Source: Eledone cirrhosa (taxonomy: Eukaryota). Taken from it: a stretch of 64,000 bases of DNA. The notes beneath the pieces were generated by a model that saw nothing but the letters and a program-made list of their open reading frames with translations, was not told where the DNA came from and searched no databases. Shown here in pieces: positions 1 to 18,804 of the stretch (within the stretch, counting starts at the first letter, position 1; every line of letters starts with the position of its first letter). Made by a program: the position numbers and the translations under genes. The stretch spans positions 39,618,001 through 39,682,000 of the forward strand of contig OZ024746.1 of assembly GCA_964016885.1 (NCBI GenBank), written 5' to 3'.

Positions 1-2
1 AA

Positions 3-36
<34 letters not shown>

Positions 37-1243
37 ATGTGTGTGTATGATCAGTACCAACAAAAGTAAACTATATCTCATCTCCATGAAAGACGTTTTC
101 AATCCACTTTCGACTATATAGTGTAACCGCTTCACTTAATTTAATAGCTTAATGTTTTCAAAAAAAAAAAGGCTGAACATCAGAAGCCTATAACTCCATC
201 GAACAGGATTCAAAAGGGCTTATCATCAACCGACAGATACACCTAGGTCATGAAAGGCCAATCAATACAACTATTTCCCACACTATTACATAGATACATA
301 AACACATATACATACATATACACATACATGCATACATAAATACATACATACATACACACATGCCCACACACATACAAGCAATCATATATATATATATATA
401 TATATATAAACATATATATATATATTTATATAAACATATATATATATATACACATATACATCCATACATGCATCCATCCACCCATACATGCATACATACA
501 TTCATCCATCCATCCATCCATACATACATGCATACATACATACATACATAAATACATACATACATACCCACACACATACAAGCAATCATATATATATATA
601 CCAGTTGGTGCTACTGGTAACATGTATCTCAGTACAACCTGTCTCATGGTCGGGTCGTTGGCGACTAAACTGGCAACGCCACCAAGGTTTCTTGGTGAGG
701 AGGGTGACTGTGGACATCCTGCAGGACTAAAAACAAAACCTGTCAAAGGGCAAAGGAGCCCTTAAGAGTCAATGGCCATCCAAAATCACCGGGAGAGATG
801 AACCCTTAGCCTTTGTCAAGGCAGAATTCTAGGAGAAGGAAAACTCTGATATAACACCTGCAACTCTGATGGTATCCAATGATGTTGGCTTGTTCTTCTT
901 TTTGGTAAATATCATCTTGGTTAAGAGAGTGGGACTGGCTTTGTGCAGTGCCTTTGCTCACTATAAAAGCTTCACGGCACAGGCATTGCTTTATATCTGG
1001 AGATCTCTCTGCACTTGTCGTCACATGGTATCATAGGCCCAGCACTATGTGTCAATACTTGTCACAAGTGTAGTGTTTGTACCAGAGTTTTCAAGTCGCT
1101 GGCTGGATTAAAAAATCACAATCGTTCAGCGCATCGGTAGGGGTTCTCCTACATGGATATAAAGTAGTGGCCGTACTCGAAAACGAGTTGGCAGCCTCCA
1201 TGTATGTATGTATGCATGGCATGAATGTATATGTGTGTGTATA

Positions 1244-1279
<36 letters not shown>

Positions 1280-1582
1280 CCAACATATATAAATGCACGT
1301 AAAAGACGGATATTTGCAGCATCTGGTCGGTTCTCTTTCTTTTCTTTTCTCGCCTGTTTCGTACATTTATGTCTGTATGTATGTATGTATGGATGGATGC
1401 ATGTATGTATGATGTATGAATGTATATACACACATATACATTCATACATCATACATCCATACATACATACATACAGACAGACATAAATGTACGAAACAGG
1501 CGAGAAAAGAAAAGAAAGAGAAACGACCAGATGCTGCAAATATCCGTCTTTTACGTGCATTTATATAGACACATTAATACAT

Positions 1583-1668
<86 letters not shown>

Positions 1669-1828
1669 GCACACAGATTAATAGACACTACTGGACAGCC
1701 TTTGGCACTCCTGAGTTCCTGAGTGCATCCGTTCTTTGACAGGTTTTATTTATATTCCCCAAGGGTGTCTAAAAGTCACCCGCATCACTATGCATACATA
1801 TCCACAACGATCTATCTATCTTTCTATC

Positions 1829-1901
<73 letters not shown>

Positions 1902-2124
1902 CCTAACCTATCTATCTATCTATCTATCTATCTACCTATCTATCTATCTATCTATCTATTTTATTTTTTGTTATATTTTATTTTATTTTTATATATTGTT
2001 ATTGCCTCCTCCCTATTGAGGACGCCTTGTTTTGTAAACTCCCCCCATTGTACTTGTCCCACTTTTGATGCCCTGGTGGCAAATAAAAGAAACATATCTA
2101 TCTATCTATCTGTCAGTCTTTATG

Positions 2125-2192
<68 letters not shown>

Positions 2193-2769
2193 TATATATA
2201 TATGGGGGAGGAGGAGGTCTGTGTGTGTGGTTTATTGAGACTGATCCAGTGATCTGTATCGTCAAAGTGCTATAGGTCCCCCAGACAGTTACATGTTGGA
2301 TGTATACAGACATAGGTTCCTTTTAACCCCAAACTAACGTTAGATTGACCTTTCCTTTCTATGTATCCAGCACTGAACTGTCTGTGAAACCTCTACACGG
2401 GGAAGCAACTTCAGAATATATGACCAGGCCAAGCATAATGGACTCTTACTCTCTAATAAGTTTCACAAAGCTGGTACAATGCGGTAGAAATATATAATGG
2501 GTTTAAGGATGTCAAATAAAACAAAACGAAGCAATGTTTTACTCAATATATTTCAACATTCAGGGCAATCACACAATTTTCAAATGAAATATATTGTGTA
2601 AAACATTACTTTGTTTTGTTTTATTATTATCCGTTGTCCTTTATATACTTATACATTGTACCGGCTTTCTGAAACTTAGTCGTTTATTACATATTGCACG
2701 ATGCTTCATATTCTTATTCTCTAATGTTGCATTGAATATTCATACTCTCGTTCACCAATACTAACGTAT

Positions 2770-2804
<35 letters not shown>

Positions 2805-2806
<2 letters not shown>

Positions 2807-3245
2807 AAAGTTATATTTAAATTGTTGGGTTACAACTAGTAAATATTTATAACTGATATAAAAGCACTCGACAAGTATTTGGAGTATATTTACGATATTA
2901 AATAAATGGAAACTATATTTATAAAACCATATTTATTTCATTATATATATTTCAGGGATATCATATTAACAATATGCTATGCCTTCCTCAGACAAAATAC
3001 AATATAGACAGTTTTATAGATAAATAGATTTGTCATACCGTTCAACATCGACTTGTATTTGAAAAGTTGATTTTCAAATACAAGTCGATGTTGAACGGTA
3101 TGTCAAATCTATTTATCTATAAAACTGTCTATATTGTATTTTGTCTGAGGAAGGCATAGCATATTGTTAATATGATATCCCTGAAATATATATAATGAAA
3201 TAAATATGGTTTTATAAATATAGTTTCCATTTATTTAATATCGTA
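2805..3245 (-). mobile_element. Fold-back PLE 3'-end insertion (family A): 175-bp inverted arms plus 86-bp tail
   Basis: Arms 2891-3065 and 3071-3245 are near-perfect reverse complements around loop gttga. Tail 2805-2890 is the reverse complement of the PLE end at ~16725-16816. (TA)n on both flanks. Confidence 0.9.
3137..3202 (+). ncRNA. Hammerhead ribozyme (family A); mirror copy on minus strand at 2934-2999
   Basis: tattttgt-CTGAGGA-agg..cct-GAAA-TATATA-TA-atgaaata. Confidence 0.82.
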
Positions 3246-3265
3246 TATATATATATATATAAATG

Positions 3266-3342
<77 letters not shown>

Positions 3343-3427
3343 ATATGTATATACATATCTACACATACATATATATATATGAATATGTGTGTGTGTGAGT
3401 GTGTGTACGTGTGCTTGCGTGTGTGTG

Positions 3428-3464
<37 letters not shown>

Positions 3465-3803
3465 TTATGTGTGAATGTGAACGTGTGCATACAATTTCCC
3501 AGGAGAAAAAACATCTTTAATGTGACACAACAACATAACATGGTTTCTATGGTGGCCGACAAAACAGAAAGCCTACAACACATAATAAGAGATGAAAGGA
3601 AACAATCGAAGGAAACAATAGATGTAGAAACAATGAAGATGAAATGATATAGCTTATATATTGTTACTTTGATCTACATTTCCTTCACTCATACATGTAA
3701 ACTGCTTGTGCATGACTGCACAGCATGATTAGACTAATTTTTTAAAAGCATGTCATATACATATGTAGTGTATATGTATGTATAAGTAGGAGAAAATTCA
3801 TCG

Positions 3804-3867
<64 letters not shown>

Positions 3868-4487
3868 AAAATTTTTTTCGAACCACGCCATCTACACAAT
3901 ACGTATAAACACTACACACACGTGCGTACCCTCCACATATATACACACTCAGCCTCCGGAATCCTCTACACCCGCTCCCCTCTGACACCTCTCCATCCAC
4001 ACGCGCACACACACACCGACCTACACCCCACTCACCCCACACACACACACCTTTTCCTGAACATGGAACCTCGTTCTTCCCCCAACTCTCACATTCACAT
4101 ACACACACACACACACACACACACGTACACCTACACACATACACCACCTTCAGCCCTCCCCACTCGGACACCCCGCCTCCCTCTCCCCACTCCACCCGCC
4201 ACCACCCCTACACGCCCCACACCCTTCCACCACTTGTTTATCTTCATGTTTATTTATTTATTTTTTTTAATTTGTACCCCTTCCACCGTTTTTCCTCCCT
4301 TTCCTCTCCTCCCCTTTTTTCTAAATGTCTCTCCTCCACTCCCCCACACACCCTCGGAACTCTCTTCCCACACACTTTTCGCCTGAAGGGCTTATGCCCG
4401 AAATGCCTCCCCCTCACTCTCAAGAGCGTGAAACTAATAAACCTTTGTTCGTACTGCCTCTCTGTTTTGTTCCAGTTCAATTTTTCA

Positions 4488-4660
<173 letters not shown>

Positions 4661-4716
4661 TATATTATAATGAAGAGAGACAGTTTTATATGTACATCCC
4701 CTACTTATTAGATAAT

Positions 4717-4788
4717 CCTGTTATACGTATTTCGAAGACGTCAAAGTGATTGCATAATTACCCCTTTGGCGTGTTCTCTTCAGACAGG
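4717..4788 (-). ncRNA. Minimal type I hammerhead ribozyme (PLE-type)
   Basis: Minus strand reads cctgt-CTGAAGA-gaacacgccaaag..ctttgacgtcttc-GAAA-TACGTA-TA-acagg. All three stems pair; lies in a TA-bounded segment ~4660-5130. Confidence 0.88.
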
Positions 4789-5134
4789 CGCAAAGTAGTA
4801 AAGTTTTGTTTTTTTATATGCTACGGTAGTTTGGGGCGTGTTGGTAGTAGTCGACTCATGTAGTCATATATAAAACATATACATTTTATTATCTTACACC
4901 ATACAGAAAATATCCTCTCATGAGAAATCCTTCTGTTAACGATGGCCATACCAATCTATAGAAAGGCTCCGTTATTCTTTAGGTTTTGAAATTGCAGCAA
5001 GGAGAATTTATGCATAGATGGTTCTACCGTCATCTACCCTCGGTGGTTTTGTATAAGATGTTCTAGAAGTGTTTGCTTCTCTGAATGAGATTATTTTAGC
5101 AATCTCTTTTTATTGAGAGGTTATATATATCTTG

Positions 5135-5960
5135 GGTGGGAGAGCAAAAGTTGACTGACCTGGATTTTGCAGACGATATTCCTGCATTTTCAGAGTGCAC
5201 AGCTGACCTGCAAATCATTGTGAACAATATCAATGTCGATATCAATGTCAATGTCGATAACAATATCTATGTTTCAATATCAGTGCCAAGAAGACCAAAA
5301 GCATGTTATCTGGGACACACCCACCACCAACCAGTGTCTTCATTGAACAGGGGGAGGTGAAGATAGTGGACATCTTCACCTACCTAGGAAGCTCCATTAA
5401 CAATGAGGGCACCATGGACAGTGAACTGCAATGGAGAATGGGAAAGGCTTCATCAGCATTTAACCAGCTTGACAAGATCTGGAAGAGCAGGAAGTTCACC
5501 CTCAAAACAAAGATGAGATTCTACAACAGCAACGTGCTGTCCACACTCTTGTACGGAAGCGAAACATGGCACCTTAAGACCAGCCAAGAGAAGAAGTTGG
5601 ACGCATTCGATTCCAGATGTCTGCGAAAGGTCCTGGGGATTAAATGGAGTGACCATGTAACAAACCAGGAAGTCAGGAACCGGAACCGCACCAACCAGCA
5701 GCTAGTCTCTTCTACCATCTGCAAGCGACGCCCGGGCTGGTTTGGACACGCTTTGAGACTTCCCCCCGGAGAGACTGGCGAACCAAGTACTTAAATAGAG
5801 CCCGCAGGGAAGCAGATGGAGAGGGCGACCCAAAATGAACTGGCGCCAGACAGTTGAGAGGGACCTGCGAGCGACAAACAGACAATTGGCGGGACGCTGT
5901 GTAACTGGCTGCTGACCGAACGCGGTGGAACACTATGATTGCCTCATGCGTCGCATGAGG
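5135..5960 (+). pseudogene. RTE-clade LINE 3' fragment (RT C-terminus)
   Basis: DLDFADDI, then after a frameshift FTYLGSSI..RMGKASSAF..IW..TKMRFYNSNVLSTLLYGSETW..CLRKVLGIKW..WFGHALR. Confidence 0.9.
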
Positions 5961-6004
5961 CAATCATAGTGTATGTGTGTGTGTATATATATATAATATA
6001 TATA

Positions 6005-6042
<38 letters not shown>

Positions 6043-6250
6043 ATGAAATCTTCAGGAATGTCCTGAATGGAACAGTCCGGTAGAAGTCGTTTCTATATAA
6101 TAAATATACTTATTCTATATTAACGTGTTGAGTACCTTTTTTACTTGTGGTTACCATCCTTAATTGTATATATTTACAGAGAGAGAAAGAGAGAGAGAGA
6201 GGGGGGAGAGAGAGATACAAAGAGAGAGTGGGGGAGAGGGGTGAAGGATA

Positions 6251-6325
<75 letters not shown>

Positions 6326-6860
6326 GATATGTGTATCTGTGCGTGTGTGTATATAAATTATAAATGTAAACATTTCTATATTAACGTGGGTGTGTTTATG
6401 TGTATATACGCCTACAGATGTCGATGTAGTAGATTCATATAAACTTTGAATTAGATGTGGGTGTATGTGTTTATGTTGATTATGTCAACACGTCTATAGA
6501 CCATATAGACTAACGCTGTCTGTATTACATTCAACATGTTATAAGGAAGCCGTGACATGTTATGTCTTTTAGGTAACTTTCTTAAAGCACAATGAATCCA
6601 CAGAGAGGCAAATATTGACTAATACATAAGGTATCTGAAAAACCATTACATTTCCTGTATATATATATATATATATACACACACACTCACATATAAACAG
6701 ACTCATACAACCCAATCATAAAAACACACGCAACAGACAGTATCCCCTCGCATACACAAACGAACAAATCAAACGCAAACATAGAAGCATATAAATCTAT
6801 AAATTTATACACAGACATATTCGTCTAAAAACATTCAAATGCTCATTTGCACAATCAGAA

Positions 6861-6925
<65 letters not shown>

Positions 6926-7460
6926 CATATCACACACATAGACACACACACATCATGCATACACACACATACAGACATGCACACACGTACAAACACTCCC
7001 ACACATACACTCGCGCATATGTATTCAAACATACTGTTAGTTTTACTTACAAACATACAAAAACTAATGGCGTCCAAGTAGGTTGTGTGTCTTTTGTTTA
7101 TATCAAAAGAAACAAACAACTCTGTTGTAATATTATGGTTGTGACATTATGTGAGCTAAAATCTCACATATTGACATGTTTTTCTTGCAACTTTGATAGC
7201 TGGACTTGTCGAAAATATGTAAAGAATTTGAACATAGTTGGTCTACTATTTCTCACTACCAGATGACTGCATTCTTTCGCTTTTAAATGTATAAAATTAT
7301 CTCATAAGCGTGCTTGGTGTTTTTATTTATTTGGTTTTTTTTTAAGGATAAACCTTAACAGAGTTCCTTCTTGTTTAAGATATCATTAATAACTTCAGGA
7401 TATTAAGTGAATTGGCAGTATCGGTAGAGGGTTGGACTCCATGCTTTCTAGCATAGTTAC

Positions 7461-7660
7461 NNNNNNNNNNNNNNNNNNNNNNNNNNNNNNNNNNNNNNNN
7501 NNNNNNNNNNNNNNNNNNNNNNNNNNNNNNNNNNNNNNNNNNNNNNNNNNNNNNNNNNNNNNNNNNNNNNNNNNNNNNNNNNNNNNNNNNNNNNNNNNNN
7601 NNNNNNNNNNNNNNNNNNNNNNNNNNNNNNNNNNNNNNNNNNNNNNNNNNNNNNNNNNNN
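7461..7660. other. Assembly gap (200 N)
   Basis: Run of n. Confidence 1.
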
Positions 7661-12876
<5,216 letters not shown>

Positions 12877-12961
12877 GTAGGAGGTGAGTTTTATTGTAGT
12901 ACATGTTGATTTAAAACTGCACTATCCACAAGTGTTTTTTAACCTTCATATCATGTCTTCC

Positions 12962-13033
12962 TGTTTTATCTGATGAAAACACAAATATTATTGCATGATG
13001 ATATTTGTTTTGAAATGCGCATAATTAAATACA
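12962..13033 (+). ncRNA. Minimal type I hammerhead ribozyme in a ~195-bp TA-bounded fragment (12873-13066)
   Basis: tgttttat-CTGATGA-aaacacaaatat..atatttgtttt-GAAA-TGCGCA-TA-attaaataca. Stem I is imperfect. Confidence 0.78.
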
Positions 13034-13090
13034 TGGAACTCTTTTAACCATCTTTTGTTCTTATATATTATATATATATATATATATATA

Positions 13091-14908
13091 ATGTATAACG
13101 ACCTTATATTGAAAGAACTAAGGAAAAAGTACAAGGTAGCAAATAAGGACGAACTTGAAAAACTGAATACAGATGCATCTTGTATAATGCATGAATTAGA
13201 CATTGAGAATAAAACACAACCCTTCATGCCTAGGAAACCTAAGATCAATATGAAGGATCACAAAAAAACTTTGAAATTGATTTACCAGTCAGATTAATTG
13301 CACCATCTAAATCTGACCTGGGCATACTTAGCAAAAATATTCTAGACAGGGTAATACAGCAAATTAAATATTTACCTAATTTATCTTACTTAAAATTATG
13401 GAAAGGGACTAGTCAGGTTATTGATTGGTTTAAAGAAATTAAATATAACTATAATAATAAGTTTATTCAGCTGGATATTGCTAACTACTATTCATCTATC
13501 ACTCCTAATTTACTGAATAAGGCACTAAATTACGCATTTAAACATACTGACCTAACTAGCAATGAAATGCACATTATATTATCGGCAAGGAAAACATTGA
13601 TAGAATTTAATAACCAACTCTGGACTAGAGTAGATAGAAATAATAATTTCGACATAACTATGGGATCATCAGACTCAGCTCAGGTAACGGACCTTGTGGG
13701 CCTATTTATAATTAATTCGCTACATAGAAAAATACCAGGTGTAACCGGAGGCTTATATCGTGATGACATGCTTTTACTTATACAAAATAATAGCTGTGAA
13801 CTAAATAGGAAAAGAAAACAAATTATACAATTTTTTAATTACCATTATCTAAAAGTAGAAATAGAGAATAACCATAAAATAGTCAATTTTCTTGACGTAA
13901 CACTAAATCTCAACACATGTCTTCATTATCCATTTCACAAACTAAATGAGAACTTGAATTATGTTAATTTTAACTCTAATCACCCCAGATCTGTTAAAAA
14001 TACTATAGTGAACTCTGTTCAAGAAAGAATTTCAAGAATTTCATCTAATAAAAATATATTTGATGAAAAAGCGCAGCATTACAACGAAGCGTTAGGTAGA
14101 GTTGGATATAGAAATGAAATTAAATACATTGATAATAATAATAATAAGCAAACTAACCAAAATAATAACAATTTTAATTATGGTAACAACTTTAGCAACT
14201 ATAATAGAAAACATTACAATAATTCCAAAAGCCGAAAAAGAAATAGAACTAGAAACATATTATGGTTTGCTCCCCCTTTCTCACTAAATATTAAAACCCC
14301 TATTGCTAAACTATTCTTTAAAGCTCTTGACAAACGCTTCCCTAGAACACATAAATATTACTCAATTTTTAATAGACACATTATAAAATTAACTTACTCG
14401 TCCACCAAAAATTTAGCACAAAATATTAAAACCTAACCAAAATACCAATAATAACCCAAGCAATATTCAATTGAATAACTGTAACTGTAGAAATAAATCT
14501 AACTGTCCGTTAAATAACAACTGCTTAGCTAAAAATGTAGTGTACAATTGTAATGTTAAAACTAATTTAAGTTCGTTTAACTATGTTGGTTCTACCTCGA
14601 CTGAATTTAAATTTCGCTTCAATAATCATAAAAATTCTTTCACAGATCCAAACAAAAAATCTTCAACTTCGCTATCTAGCCTACTATGGGACCTAAAACG
14701 AGATAATCTTAAATATTCGATGACTTGGAATATTATTTCATAAGCCACTCCTTTTAATTCCTCTTCAGAAAATTGTGATCTTTGTATTGAAGAAATATTC
14801 TTTATATTAAAGTCCAAAAATTCCCTTAATTTAAGGAACAATTTATTCAGTTGCTGCAAACATAGATTGAACTCAACGTTTAAATATAAATATAAATTTA
14901 AAATGTAG
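13091..14908 (+). pseudogene. PLE reverse transcriptase + GIY-YIG endonuclease, disrupted
   Basis: Motifs KDHK..NF..PVRLIAPSKSDLG, FIQLDIANYYSSI, FDITMGSSDSAQVTDLVG, GLYRDD, VNFLDVTLNL, SNHP, ILWFAPPFS, CNCRNKSNCPL..C, VVY..YVGST..FKFRFNNHK, CDLCIEE, SCCKH. Frameshifts near 13270 and 14435; in-frame TAA at 14741; natural stop TAG at 14906-14908. Confidence 0.92.
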
Positions 14909-15966
14909 TATAATTAATTAAGTAATTTAGTTAATATATAAAACCTGTCGATAAATCATTAGATTCCTTCACCTTTTTCTTTTTAAATATAAACATAGAT
15001 ATAATAAACTACTTTAAAATGTCTATACTTACAATATCTTAAATAAAATATATGTAAGATAAATTTCTATACTAAATATAAGGATATCTATAGAATCCTT
15101 GGTTTTTTAAATCTTTTAAATTTTTGAATTTTAAAAATTTTTTAATTCTTTTTGAAATTTTTTTGAAATTTTTAGATCTTTAAATTTTTAAATTTTAAAT
15201 TATATTGATATAATATTTATTTAACTTTTATTTTATTTTATTTTATTTTTATTTATTTTTATTACTTTTGCTTTGATTCTGATAGCTTCTCATAATTCCC
15301 ATAAGTCTACCCTTTCAATATCTTGATTGAATTATAAGTAGGATAATTTTCTATACTAAATATATGAAACATTATTTTAACTTAAGATACTCTATAGTGT
15401 TTTAAAGTTATTTAATGCTTTGACATTTCTAGAATTCGTTTGTCCTTTTGACTATACTGATATAGTTGTATTTCCAAAATATAATCCTTTGGTATTTTAA
15501 ATTTATATTGGTATAATTATATTTCCAAAGTATAATCCTTAGTAATATATTGATATTTGATTATCTCTATACAAAAGTATATGTGTGTATTAACATGCAT
15601 AAAAGTGTTATAGGTTTTTTATGATTGTATATATGTCTGTATGTATACATGAGCGATGCATGATGACGCACGCAGATATTTATTTATACATATATAGGTG
15701 TATATGTATATATGTGTGTGTATGTATATCTGTGGGTAAAAGTTATGTTGCATAACCACGCAGTTTGAATTGCAGAAATGTTAAATACATGAATGGTAAT
15801 CATATATATGAAGTCATGAATGTTAATCGTATATATTTATGTGTATATATACTGTGAACTTTTTATAACACAAGGAATGTATAGCAGTGATTAAGAGAAA
15901 TCGTCTGCGCTTTATATGTCTATATTGTTGACTTGAGTAAATATAATTTCTATTTTCAGGACGTGC

Positions 15967-16003
<37 letters not shown>

Positions 16004-16620
16004 AGTATATATATATATATATATATATATTTGTGTGTCTTTGCCGGAGATACTTCTATAGCAATGTGTACATTTTGGAGATTAAACCCAAATTTTGGTA
16101 TATTGATCTCAAGGTTTAAACTAAACATATAGTCATTATTAAACAATGTTTAATTTCTCATATTATATATCTATGTCCCATTCATGAATATTAATATTTA
16201 TATTTTTATTATTCACTTTATATGAATTGTTAACTCAACTTAACATGACATGACGTAAAGTTTTCATAATCTCCCCCTCTCTCTATATAACATTTCTCTC
16301 TGTTGAGTTTTTCTATCTGTCTGTTGACTTAATATCTCTCTGTTGCTTTCCTCTGTTTTTCTTATTTCTTCCTTTTTTCTTCTTTCTTCCTTTCCCCCTG
16401 TCTTTACTTATCTCTTTCTTGTCTTCTCCATGCATCTCTCTCTCTCCGATACCTCTCCACGTTTTTTCTTTCTCTCCGTCTTTTTCTTTCTCTCCGTCTT
16501 TTTCTAATTGATGACTTATTAACGTAATATAAACAAATCACTATCCGGATGACTTCCCAAAACAATGGTTGCATTTTAATAGGGTACGTCAAAGCTTATT
16601 TGTAAAACTGTTATATATTG

Positions 16621-16685
16621 TATTTTGTCTGATGAAGGCAAACCATAATTTAATTTGGTATCCCTGAAATATGTATAATGAAATA
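16621..16685 (+). ncRNA. Minimal type I hammerhead ribozyme in PLE 3' region (family A)
   Basis: tattttgt-CTGATGA-agg..cct-GAAA-tatgta-TA-atgaaata. Stem I tattttgt/atgaaata pairs (with G-U); stem II closed by agg/cct. Confidence 0.85.
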
Positions 16686-16813
16686 AATATGGTTTTATAA
16701 ATATAGTTTCCATTTATTAATATCGTATATCTACTCCAAATACTTGTCGAGTGCTTTATATCAGTTATAAAAATATTTACTTGTTGTATCCCAACAATTT
16801 TAAATAGAACTTT

Positions 16814-16855
<42 letters not shown>

Positions 16856-16859
<4 letters not shown>

Positions 16860-17749
16860 AAAATGTTTAGCCCCGAACTTGTAACTGCATATAAACACCT
16901 ATTGCGTAGAACTTACCTCGCCCTCAAACCCCCTCACGACACGGGTGGGTAGACAATAGCTGCAACAGCCTTCCTTTCCCCATTTGACGAACAAGATAGG
17001 GGAAACCCCAGCATACATAGGTAGATATTCTTCTTTTCTTTTTCCCTTTATCTCTTCTTATAACTTCCATCCACTCCCTCGCCTCTTTCTTTTCCTTTTT
17101 CCTCTTTCGCCTACCCTGAGGTAGCCCATCAGGCTTTTGTAGCCTCAGTACCCCCACCCCAGTAAATTCTATATAGCATTGGCCGATAACGCAATACCAG
17201 CTAAAAATATAACAGCTGCTTTAGACTCTAGAGATTTTTTTATTACTTTTTACTATTTAATTTTTTAAATACTTTTTTCTTTTAATCTCAATTTATTAAC
17301 CTTTTAATTTTATAACGTCCCACTCTCAGATTTCTTTTTCGCCTGCTTTCTACCTAGTCTAATTTCATACACACTCCTTAGAATTTGCTGTATAGAATTC
17401 ACTTTCAACGCTTTACCGGGTCCACCAACTCCCCCATTGTTCTACAGGCAAGTTCCGTCACCCCCACCTCCCACCCACCGCCATGAAAGATTTAATTGTG
17501 TTTACAAGAATTTTGACCAATCCTATTGACAACTACAATCTTCCCATATAAGGAATTACCCCTTGAAAAGTTCGGCTATTTAGTAACGCTCTAAAAATTT
17601 TAATTTAGTCCAGAAATAGCTGTCGAAACGGCTTGAGCCCTGCTGTCGGGGTTAAACATTTTCCTATTACCCACTCTACTACCCTAAGTATTAGTATTGA
17701 GTACTCTGGTGCGTTATGGTCCATCTGGTTCCTTACCACACTTCCTTCG

Positions 17750-17751
<2 letters not shown>
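16856..17751 (+). mobile_element. Non-coding 3' part of a second putative PLE (family B) with ~22-bp inverted terminus
   Basis: TA-flanked. The 3' ~140 bp are shared with 23266-23458 and 53287-53494. The first bases taggaaaatgtttagccccga are the reverse complement of 17646-17666. Degenerate hammerhead at 17557-17653. Confidence 0.75.
17557..17653 (+). ncRNA. Degenerate hammerhead ribozyme (family B)
   Basis: tacccc-TTGAAAA (decayed CTGANGA)-..ggctatt..aatagctgtc-GAAA-cggc..gctGTC-ggggt; canonical GUC cleavage triplet. Confidence 0.6.
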
Positions 17752-17797
<46 letters not shown>

Positions 17798-17799
<2 letters not shown>

Positions 17800-17967
17800 A
17801 GTAAGTATGTTTTGAAACAGTGAGCGAGTTTGAAATTAGAAAATATATAGCTTTCACCGTATTTTTGACGTACGTCAACACTCATCTTCTTCCATTTATC
17901 TGAGGGTTCTAAACCCCGTTATCAAGCTAAAATTCCTTTAGTCAAAAATACGGTGAAAGCTATATAT
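17798..17967 (-). mobile_element. Short TA-flanked fold-back element (family H)
   Basis: IR atatatagctttcaccgtatttttgac (17843-17869) / gtcaaaaatacggtgaaagctatatat (17941-17967), with a ~45-bp unique tail on the left. Confidence 0.6.
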
Positions 17968-17974
17968 ATATATT

Positions 17975-18800
17975 GCCCTTAGCAATAGGTAATTTTCCGA
18001 AAGTTAAAATTTTGAAGCTCCCACACCCTACTCCCATTTCAATCTACAAAGTCACAGGGTATGCAAAATTTCAGCTCAATTGGCGACCCTCAAACGCCTT
18101 GAAGCTGGAACATAGTATACTCGATTCTGTTCAAAAGCGGTATACTGTTCCTTATCTCGACCATTTTCATTTTTCTTCTTAGAGAAATTTATGATAACAC
18201 ATCCAGGCGAGCCCAGCAAATGTTTAAAAACGTTCTGAATCAAATTTACCAATAGTTTATTTGAAAAGTTCCTGAAATAACATGAAATATTGGGTTTTCT
18301 TAATAAAGCACACAACTTCTATAAGATAAACGCATTTTTATTTACAATAATTTCTATAGAATCGAAAACATATTGTGAACACTGAGCACTGAACATTGAA
18401 CATTATTTTTGCATAAGAGAGGATTTAGTGGCAGTTGGGTATGTTTTACAGTTTTCAGTAACGATCTGTAAAACAAATTGTGTCTCAGTTTCATCATTTG
18501 TGAAAATGTTATTGTAATCCTGAATGAGTTTGATACCTCTTTCTGCAACATCATTCACAGCAACTGTCTTCTCAAGTTTTTCAAGTCCACTTCTGTAACC
18601 AGGATCATCCTTCCATGTTGAAGGGTCTTTGTCGAGGAAATCGGTGCTGATAGAAAATTTTTTGTACCAGGAGTTACAAAAGACGAACACTTGATGTTTG
18701 TAAAGGAAGAAAAGTCATTTTGGTGCAGAATGTACTTCTTCAGTTGATTTTTGTTCACCTTTGTCTGCTTCCAGCATAACTTGAGCAATATTTGCCTTAA
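17975..18800 (-). mobile_element. DNA transposon 3' fragment (hAT-like, possibly hATm) with transposase C-terminus
   Basis: FLDKDPSTW..VNDVAERGIKLIQDYN..TNDE..QFVLQIV at 18403-18690. Superfamily assignment is from memory and tentative. Confidence 0.6.
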
Positions 18801-18804
18801 CCTC

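Larger units (their letters stand above)
13090..16816 (+). mobile_element. Penelope-like retroelement (PLE), probably Naiad clade, 5'-truncated, inserted in (TA)n
   Basis: RT plus C-terminal GIY-YIG coding remnants (13091-14908), a ~1.9 kb AT-rich 3' region, a hammerhead at 16621-16685, and (TA)n on both sides. The terminal ~200 bp match the fold-back element at 2805-3245. Confidence 0.9.

Noticed and set aside
601-800. GC-richer segment, possibly a LINE 5' UTR with a ribozyme (shares agagtcaa.gg.catc with the minus strand near 21000)
   Set aside because: I could not establish an ORF or an HDV-like fold by eye.
6113-6388. 15-bp direct repeat ttctatattaacgtg flanking ~245 bp of GA/GATA repeats
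   Set aside because: Could be a TSD, but the enclosed sequence has no element hallmarks; more likely a local duplication.
14430-14910. Selenocysteine recoding as reported for some Naiad PLEs
   Set aside because: The interrupting stops are TAA, the conserved cysteines are TGT/TGC, and I saw no in-frame TGA or convincing SECIS.
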